Assembly (NCBI RefSeq): GCF_019464535.1
Contig: NZ_CP080507.1
Span: 3,360,001 to 3,392,000, forward strand
From: Horticoccus luteus
GTDB lineage: Bacteria > Verrucomicrobiota > Verrucomicrobiia > Opitutales > Opitutaceae
DNA length: 32,000 nt
Reading direction: 5' to 3'
The notes below the pieces were generated by a model. It had not been told where the DNA came from and ran no database searches. It saw only the letters and a list, made by a program, of their open reading frames with translations. Of this stretch, positions 22,701 through 31,700 are shown in pieces. The stretch's first letter is position 1; each line of letters starts with the position of its first letter. Made by a program: the position numbers and the translations under genes.

Positions 22701-25700
22701 TGGTTGATGGAGACGAGGCCGTTGGTGGAGGTGATCGAAACGTCGCCCGTCGTGCCGGCGATATGATCGATGTTGATATTGCCGTCGGCGAGAATGGTGA
22801 GGTTGCCGCCCGCCATCGTGATGGTGCCGATGGAGATGTTGCCGGTTTGGATGATGGTGAGGTTGCCCGTCGAGGTCATCGTGACGGAGAGCGAGCCGAC
22901 GGCGGTCTTGACGGTGAGATCCTGGCCGGCCTGCAAGGTCAACGTGCCGGCGGTGATCGTGCTGCCGAGGGTGATGCCACCGGTCGTGCCGGCGGTGAGG
23001 CTGACCGAGCCGCTGCTGCCGACATTGAGGGTCGAGACGACAATGAGGTCCGTGCCAGCCGTGAGGCTGATGTTCTCGCCACCGTTGGTCGGGAGATTAA
23101 CGACCGAGAGGCTGCCGGCCACGCTCATCGTGAAGTCGCCCGGGGTGCGGGTCGGGAGCACGAGGACGTAATCGCCGGGGAGCGCGAGCGCGCTGCCGCC
23201 GGAGCTTTCGTCGGTGCGCGCGAGGACGGTGAACGGGGTGTTGTCGGCCTCGGACTCGAGGACAAGGCGGCGATTAGCGGAGTCGACGGTGACGGTGATC
23301 GCCTCGCCGGCTTCGATGGACGTTTTGAGCGAAGCGAGAATGCTCGCCCAATTCGCACCGGCCGCGGCGGTGGCCGTGTAGGTGTGGGAGCCGTTGATGA
23401 CGACGTAGAACTCGTAGCCAGTGCCGAACTTGTTGGCGAAATCGATCTGAGTCTTCTGCTTCGCAACCTGGCCTGCGGCTTGAGTCGGCGTGGACCCGTT
23501 GGCGGTCACGCCGTTCTCGACCGGCGTGGTGGAAATCTGGGAGGCGGTGCCGAGGCTGGTGAACGTGGTGTTGTTCACCTTGGCGGTGAGCGTGAGCTTG
23601 CGGTTGGACGCGTCGACCGTCGCGGTGACGACATTACCGGCGTCGATCTTGGTCTTGAGTGCGCCGAGGACCGAAGCCCAGTCTGCCGTGACCCCGCCGG
23701 AACCAATGCTGACTTGGTAAGTGGTGCTGTTGACTTGAACGGTGTAGGTGTAGCCGGCGGCGAGTTGGGACGCGTCGTATTGAATCACGTTCACCTCGGC
23801 GCGACTGAAGCCTGCGAGTTGCGTCGGCGCGGTCGGAAGTCCGGTGATCGCGCCGGCCAGGGTCGCGGCGACGGCGTTGACGACGAACGCGGTGTTCACC
23901 GCGCCTTGGAGCGTGAGCTTCTTATTGGCCGCATCGACGGTCACGGTGATCGTCGGATTGAGGGTGTGGATGAACGTGTTGAGGCCGCCCAGGACATCGG
24001 CCCAGGCCGCAGTCGCGACGGAAACGGCACGGGCGGTGGCGGTGTAGCGATGTTGCGGGTCGGTGTTGATGGAGGCACCGAGGCCGGTCGCGGCAGTGGC
24101 GAGAGAATCACCCGAAGCCGGAGTCCATGAGTATTTGTCGCCGTCGATCGAGATGGAATACTTGTTGGCGGAGCTGATGGTGAGCCCCGTGAGGCTGATG
24201 ATGCGCACGGCGCCGGGCTCGGGTGCGCTGATGGCCACGCCAGACAAACCGGCGAGGTTGGTCACGGCGGTGCCGGTGGTGGTGTCGGTGACCGAGAAGC
24301 GTATGTCGGACAAACTCGCGCCGGTAATGGTGATGTATTCGTTGTCGCCGACGCTGACGGTGTAAGGAGTGCCGTTGACGAAGACGGTGTAGGCCGTGGT
24401 CGAACCGACGGTGCCGCCGAACACAACATCGTTCTTCTGCGGCAATGTCGCGGTCGCGACCTGACTCGGATTGGTGCCATCCTGACTGACGGAGGCGAGC
24501 GCCGTGACGAAGGCGCCGTCCACGCCAAAGGCGGTGTTAATGGCGGTGGCCTCGAGCAGCATTGAGTGCGTCGTAGAGTCCGGCGTGACGGTCACAGCTT
24601 CGCCAGCTTCGATAAGGGTCTTCAGACCCGCGAGGACTGAACTCCAAGCGGCCGTCACCGTCGCCGAACGCGTGGTGGCGTCGTAGGTGGCGCTGGCGTT
24701 GACCTTGCTCGCCAGGTCCGAGGCGAGCTGGGCGATCGTTTCGCCGGACGTGGCCGTGTGCGTGAAGGCGCTGCTGCCGACGGTGAGCGTGTAGGTGGCG
24801 CCGTTGGTGACGGTGAGGCCGCTGAGGTTCACGAGGCGGTAGCCGTGACCGTCCGTGGTGACGCTGAGGGAGGCTTGACCGGCGTCGTAGTTTTGCGCGG
24901 CGGTGGCCGTCGCCGTGATGGCGGCGGTGCCCGCGCCGGCGCTGATGGTGATCTTGTTGGTGGCGGCGGTGGCCGTGTAGGTGGCGTTGGCGTCGATCAG
25001 ACCGGCGAGGGACGTGGCGATATCGGCGAGGGTTTTTCCGGCTGCCGCCACGTAGTCGAAGTCGGTGCCAGCCACCGTCACGCGGTAAGTGCCGCCGGTG
25101 ATGACCGTGACGCCGGTAAGATCGATGGTGCGGGCATCCCCCGCCGTGGTGCCGGCGGCGTTGATGGCAATTCCGGAGCTACCGGCGATGGCCTGGATGG
25201 TGGTGACGCCGAGCCCGATGGCCGCGGTCGATGCGCCGGCGGTGATCGCAATGAGTTGGTTACTGCCGATGCGCACGGAGTAAGCGTGGCCATTGATCAG
25301 CACGGAGTAGAGGCCGTTGGAATCCGGCGTCGAGCTGCTGAACGTGACCGTGCTCTGCTGGTTGGCGTCGTGGCCGGCTTCGATCGTGGGGTAGCTGCCG
25401 TCGAGGGTGGGCGCGGAGACTGGAGCCAGAGTGACGAGATTCACGCTCACGGTGCCGACCGTGAACGGCGTGTTGGCGGCCCGCGCGGTGAGCGTGAGAG
25501 TGCGGCTGACGTTGAGTGAAACGTCGATCGATTCGCCTGCTTCGATCTTCGTTTTCAGGCCGCCCAGCACGGACGAGATTGTGGTATCGATGCCGTCGGA
25601 TCCCGCGGTAACGGCATAGGGGTTGCCGTTGAGGGTGACGGTGTAGGTGTAGCCGGTTTGGACGAGGCTGGAGAAACTGATGGTGCTCGACTGCGGCACA

Positions 25701-28700
25701 GAGGTGCCCGCGGCCGTGATCGGCGTGATCGTCGCTTGGGTGACGGTGCCGGCGGCGGCGAAGATGCCGGCCTGCGTGACGGTGCTGTTGGGATCGAGCG
25801 TGATGCCGCCGCTGGTCGCGGTGTATTTGAGTTCGAGCTCGTTGCCAGTGCCGACGATGGTGGGGTTCAGGATGATCTTTGGCGTGCTCGCGAGCGTGCC
25901 GCGGAGGGTGATGGTGTAGCCAAACACGTCGACGACGTCGTTGTCGTAAGCGCCCGAAGTGTCGTTGTCGTGGCCATTGCTGTCGGCGACGCGGCGTTCA
26001 TAGATCGTCCCGGAGGCGTCGATGATCACATTGCCGTGGAGTTTCTGGGCGCCGGCGATCGCGCCAGCCTCGACGTGGTCGAGGTAGAGATCGCCCGCCG
26101 CCTTGATCGTGATGTCGTCCCCGGCGCGGTCGGCGACGTTGTGCACTTCGCGCACATATTGCGTGCCACCGGAGGTAATCTGAATGCTGCCATCCTGCGC
26201 GATGACCGAATCCACGTAGAGGCCCGTGGCTTCGTTGATCTCGATGTTGCCGGTGGAGGTCGTGAGGGCGTTGAGGCGGTCGATCAGGGTGTTGAGCTGG
26301 ATGCCGTGCGCCGCGTTGACGTTCAGGATGTAGGCGATGAAGACGGACGCGCCATCGGAGACGATCGAGTCGGCGGTGATCGAGAGAACGCCGGACTGGG
26401 CCGCGTCGGCGGCGATGATGCCGCCGAGGACGGTGAGCGTCCCGGCGACGTTGAGCGTGACGTTGCGCGCCGGATCGTAAGCCGAGAGACCGCCGATGAA
26501 GCCCGAGAGCGTCTGGCTGCCGGTCAGCGTGACCGCGATATCAAGTTTCGCGCGCAGTTCAAAGTGACTGGCGGGAATCGTCGCGAGCTGGAGGTTGATG
26601 TAGCCGGAGGGCGCGGTGACGGTGGTGACGTTGCCTTGGCCGGCATTGTTGACGTCGACGGCGGTGGTGACCGGGTTGATGCCCTTCGCGGTAATCTTGA
26701 CGTTATTGATGGTGCTGCCGCTCGCCAGGATGCTGCCCTTGACGATGACGTCGGCACCGGAGGTGAGCTGGACGAGCGTGCTAGCGGTGATCGTGCCGTC
26801 GATGGAGATGGTCGAACCGGTATCGATGATCACGGTGCTCGACGAGATGTTGCCGGGGAGAAGCTGAGTCGCGGCGCCGTTCGGACGGAAGACGAGGTAG
26901 TTGCCGGCGTGGTATTCGGTGAGGTCCGGCCCGGTGAAGAACTTGTAGAGATCGACCACCGTCGCGGCCGAGAAGGCGACGCCGCGCGTGAAGGTGAGCG
27001 AGTCCGTGGAAACCTGCGTCTGGCCCACGATGGCTGCATTGCCAGCGCCGGCGGAAATCGTGACCGTCGCGCCGCTGCCCGTCGCCGTGTAGGTCGCGTC
27101 GGCGTCGATCAAGCTGGCGAGACCGGACACAATCTGCGGCAGCGTGTTGCCGGCGGCTGCGACGTAGTTGAACGCGGTGTTCCCAATGACCACGCGGTAG
27201 GTGGCACCGGTGACGACCGCGACGTCCGTGAAATTGACGGTGCGGGCATCGTTTGCGGTCGCACCGGTGGCGTTGACGAGGATGCCGCTGGAGCCGGCAA
27301 CCGATGGGGCGACGACGGTCACGCTGCCGGCCGCACTGGTGAGGCGAATGGTGTTGGCGCGCACCACGCCGTCTCCGGCAACGGTGAGATTGTTTTGGGC
27401 TTGGACGGCGACGGTGGTTGATCCGCCTGCGGCCGCAGACGAGACCGCTTTGGTGATCCGCAAGCCGACGTTGCTCTCCAGCGCGCCATCGGTCTCCGTC
27501 AGGTTGACGTCTCCGGCCGTCGTTGTGGCGGCCAGGCTGTTAGCGGCGATTTCCAGGTTCGTGATGCCTGTGCTGGCATTAAGCGTGATCACGTTGCCGA
27601 TCACATCGACCGCGGCGTCGTCGGCGGATTCGGTGATCTTTCCACCGGACGAGGTCAGGGTGACATTGCCGGCCGAAGTAAAGCTGGTGACGGCGTTACC
27701 GTTGAGGTCGGTGAGGACGGGCTTGTCGGCAGGAGTGGCCAAGTAGATGCCGGCATTGACGCGGCGCACCAGGATATCGCCGGCCGCGGTGATCGTGATG
27801 TTGTTGCCGGTCTGATTCGAATCGCTGTGCACGTCCACCAGTTCAACCGAGCCCGCCGCGGTGAGGTTCAAACTGCCATTCGCGATCGCAACGGAAGTCA
27901 AGACGAGCGGCAGAGACGTTTGCGTGAGAGTCACGTCGCCCGCTTTCGTGGTGGCGAGCGTAAGCGTGTTGGCCGCGAGCGCGAGGTTGACCGGACCGAA
28001 CGCTGCCACCGCGACGTCGTCGGCGGTGATCGTGCCGGTATGAGTGAGGGCGCCTTGCGCCGAGAGCACCACGTCGCCGCGACCACCGGCGGAAATTGTG
28101 CCGACGGCGATGTTGGCGGAGGCGGGATTCGGATTAGCGGTCGTCGGCACCACCATGTTGGCGGTGAGGCTGATGTCGTTGCTGTCGCTCGTGCCGAGTG
28201 TCTTGACCGAGGTCGCGGTGATGCTGCCAACGGTCGTCACAGCGATCGCCCCGTCGGCGGCGGTGATATTATCGAGCGCGATGTCGCCTTGATTGGTCAG
28301 GCTGATGTTGCCCGGAGCGGAGAGCGTGAGGTTTGCGTGAGCGACGCTGGTGTTGAACTCCAAGGAGCCTTCGGCGGATGCGGTCAGGAGGTTGCCGGTG
28401 ATGTAGCCCACAGTCTGCGTGATCGTGCCGGCGGCGGCGCCCAGGGTGACGTTGCCCGCATCGAGCGTGGAGCCGGTGAGCGTGATGTTGCCGCCCGCGA
28501 GGCCCGCCCGCAGCGTGAGGTTGCCGGCGGAGTTGGCGACGTTGGCGTCGAGAACGGCCAGAATGTTGCCGATGATGCTGCCGGACTTGCTGCTGCTTTC
28601 GCCCGCCAGGAGGCTGATCGAATGCGGCGCGGTGACGGAGCCGGTGAGCGTGACATTGCGGGCGGCGGTGGCACTGATCGTGCCATTGGTTCCGGCGGCG

Positions 28701-31700
28701 GTGACCTGACCGCCGAGCGAAAGATCGGTCCCGGCGGTGAGCGCGATGGTTCCGGCGACGGCGCTGGTTGTCAGATTGGCCGAACTGCCGATCGTGAGCG
28801 CACCACCGGCGGTGAGGGTAATGGCATTGGCGGCTTTCAGCTGCGAAATTGATTCGATTTCAGCGCCGGGAGCGATGGTGCCCTGCACTTGGAGCGAAGA
28901 ACCGGAGGTGATTGCGAGGGTGTCCGTGCCTGTCACCCAACCGCTGAGTTGGACGGCGCCGCCTGCGTTGATGGCGACGGACTTGCCAGCGATGGACTCA
29001 CCCGCGAAGGAACCCGAGAGGAAGGTGGCCGTGGTGTAGGTGACTGCGGTGACCGAAGTCGTCTCCGTGGTCGTGGTCGGAACATCCTGCCACAACGTGA
29101 TGTGGTCGGGCGGATCGTTGACCACGACTTGCTGCTGCGAGGTTTTGTAAACCGGACGGGATTGGTAGATATCCTGGGCCTGGGTCGTGAGAGTGTAGCT
29201 CAACTTGATCCGCTGATCGTAGATCTTATTGGCGTTCGACGTCATCTGGTAGCTGTAGTCGTGCTGCGTCTCAAAGACGTTACCGTAAACGATCAGGCTC
29301 GAGATTTCGTCGTTCCAGTGGTCGCCGATCCACGGATTCGTGGAGTAATCGGTGCGGCTCTCACCGCCGTAGTTGATGTCCCAGTAAAGCACCACTTTCC
29401 GCGTGGTGTCGCCGTTGAAGCTGAGGGAGCTATACTCGTCGTTATGTGAACTCCCGACCCATGACGTGCCGCCGTTGGTGAAGCGGTCGCCGTAACCGCC
29501 AAAATTGATGTGTTGATACATCGTTACGTCCCCGCCGCCTTGACGATAGCCGACGAGAACGTGCGAGCGCGAAGAATCGGTCAACTGGGACAAGGACGCC
29601 GTATGAAGCGTGAGTTCGTCGTAATAGGTCGGAGACGAATAGATGAAATTCTGCCCCAGTCCGTTGTTGATCGAATTTTGCGCCGGGGTCGGGGTCTTCC
29701 ACGTCCACTGGGGATCATAGGTCCGCGTCGGCGTAATCGTGTTTGCACTGGTGCTGCCCGGGGCGACGCCCGTGATCGCGTAGTGCCGTACACCGGTGCC
29801 ATCGAGATAGGAAACCGACCAGCGGGCGGCGCTGTTGTCGTCGTCCCAACCTGTTTGAATGTTAATGCCGAGTACATTCACATACGCGTTCTGATAGGTC
29901 GACTTGTCCTGCCGATAGTACACGTTGCCGACATCGGTGTAGGTGCCGACCACTCCCCCGCTCGGAGTCGTGGGGTTGTTGGCGTCGATGGTAACCCAAG
30001 TCCCGTCGTTGCGGCCATCGGCAGTGGTGTCGCCCGTCAGGTATTGCGCTGGCGCCGAAGTGACCACGTTGGCGATGTCTTTCTGGGCACCGGACGGCAT
30101 GAGGATGTATTTGTCCTTCAGCCCCTTGAGCGGCAGATAATAAACGACGAGCGAGTTACTCGCCCAACTCGGCGTGTACGGTGCTGTCGAGGCAACGCCG
30201 CTGAGGGTTTTATGGTTAACCGGATTGCTGTAGCTGAAGCTGTACAGCCGCATGTAACCAGTGGAGTTGAGCACGGCCTGGCGCTGCGCGTCGTTAAGAC
30301 CGGTGAAATCGAGGTAGCTGTCGGACTTGTAGTCGGAGGTGACCGACGTGGCGGTGCGGCCGAGGTGATCCTCATCGCCGGCATTGGACCAATTGATCTG
30401 ACTATTGAAGTAGTCGACGCCTTCGATGAGGATCGCTTTGTATTTCGAGCCATCCGGCGCGTTCGGGTTATAGTAACCGATCTGCTCCAGACTGATGTCC
30501 ATCGTCTGATACTCCGAGCCCACCTTGACTTGGGTGGTGCCGATTTCCTCGGTGATCGTGGTGTATTCCAAGTGTGACTTGGGCACGACAATTTCACCGA
30601 TGGCTACCTTGGTTGAACCGGTGACTTTGGTGACGGACTGCGTGGTCGTATCGTAAACTGGCACCAACACGGTGCGCTCGCCCGTGACGCTGGCGTCGGC
30701 GGTCAGGATGACATCCCCACCCGCCCGCATCTTGAGTGCGCCGCCGGCCGTCACCGTGCCTTGCCCATTCACTTGAATGGTGCCGCCATGCAAATCGCTG
30801 GTCGCAATCGTGCCTTCAAGCTGGGCGCGCGTCTGCAGCGTGTTGACGCCCGCGTTCATATCCAAGGTGCCGGCGGAATTCACCAACCCGTCGACGTAGA
30901 GAAGGGAGTTCGCATTGATCAACATCCGCCCGGTCGTCGCCGTGACCTTTACGATGCCTTTGACGTAGATGACGTCGGCCGCAAGGTGCACCAGCGTATC
31001 GCCGATAATGATCGACTCGGGATGCGTGAGATCGACCTTGCCGTTGAGGAGGATGCTTTGCCGACCGTGGAAATAGTTGTCGGCCCCGCTGGCGGTTGCG
31101 TAAACGTGGCTGCCGGCGACGAGATTGATGCTGCCACCTTCGATCGCCACGTGGTCGCGGATATCGATCGTGCTGGTGATAATGACGTCGCCGCCGGTCG
31201 AATTGATCGTCAGCGAGGAAACCTTCGCGGCGGACGCAGGATTGCTCGGGTCGACCAACTGGCCGAGTACACCTTTAACCAGAATCGTATCGACGCCCGT
31301 GAGCGTGATGCTGCCCCCCGCCGCCGTGTCGACCGTGCCGCCGGTCAGTCGGTCGCCGTTGGCATCGAAGGTGAACTCATTAATATAGATCGAGAGGTGG
31401 GTGCCGTCAGTGCCCCCGGTGATGGAAACTTGATCGTAGGCGGAAACGAGATTGTCGATCAGGACGAGAGAATTGGAGAAGAGCGTTAGATCCGAACCGA
31501 TGTTCGCGGCCTGCACGACGCCTGAGATCTGAATATCGCCCGTGGTGCGGACATCGATCGACCCACCGGTGATAGTGTTGGCATCGGTCCATTGGCCCTG
31601 ACCTGACCGATCAAGCAGAATTGAGCTCAGATCCAGCACCGCGAAGCCGATCCCGTTCGCATCCATGCCGGATTGAATCTGGATGGCCCCTGAGGCCGCG

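Noticed and set aside
29510-30577. A 355-aa + ORF and the minus ORFs at 29442-29708, 29581-29877 and 30118-30597 in the lower-GC island. They look less low-complexity than the rest.
   Set aside because: Row-by-row translation shows the giant minus frame running straight through this island and encoding a well-formed crystallin domain. The + ORF is again the in-phase antisense and is very Arg-rich. The other minus ORFs are in the two wrong phases.
28990-30670. The lower-GC block as an inserted mobile element or horizontally acquired island.
   Set aside because: There is no frame break, transposase-like ORF, terminal inverted repeat or direct repeat. The GC drop is explained by amino-acid composition (Tyr, Asn, Lys, Phe, Ile, Gln). 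It is a protein-domain insertion, not a DNA element interrupting the gene.
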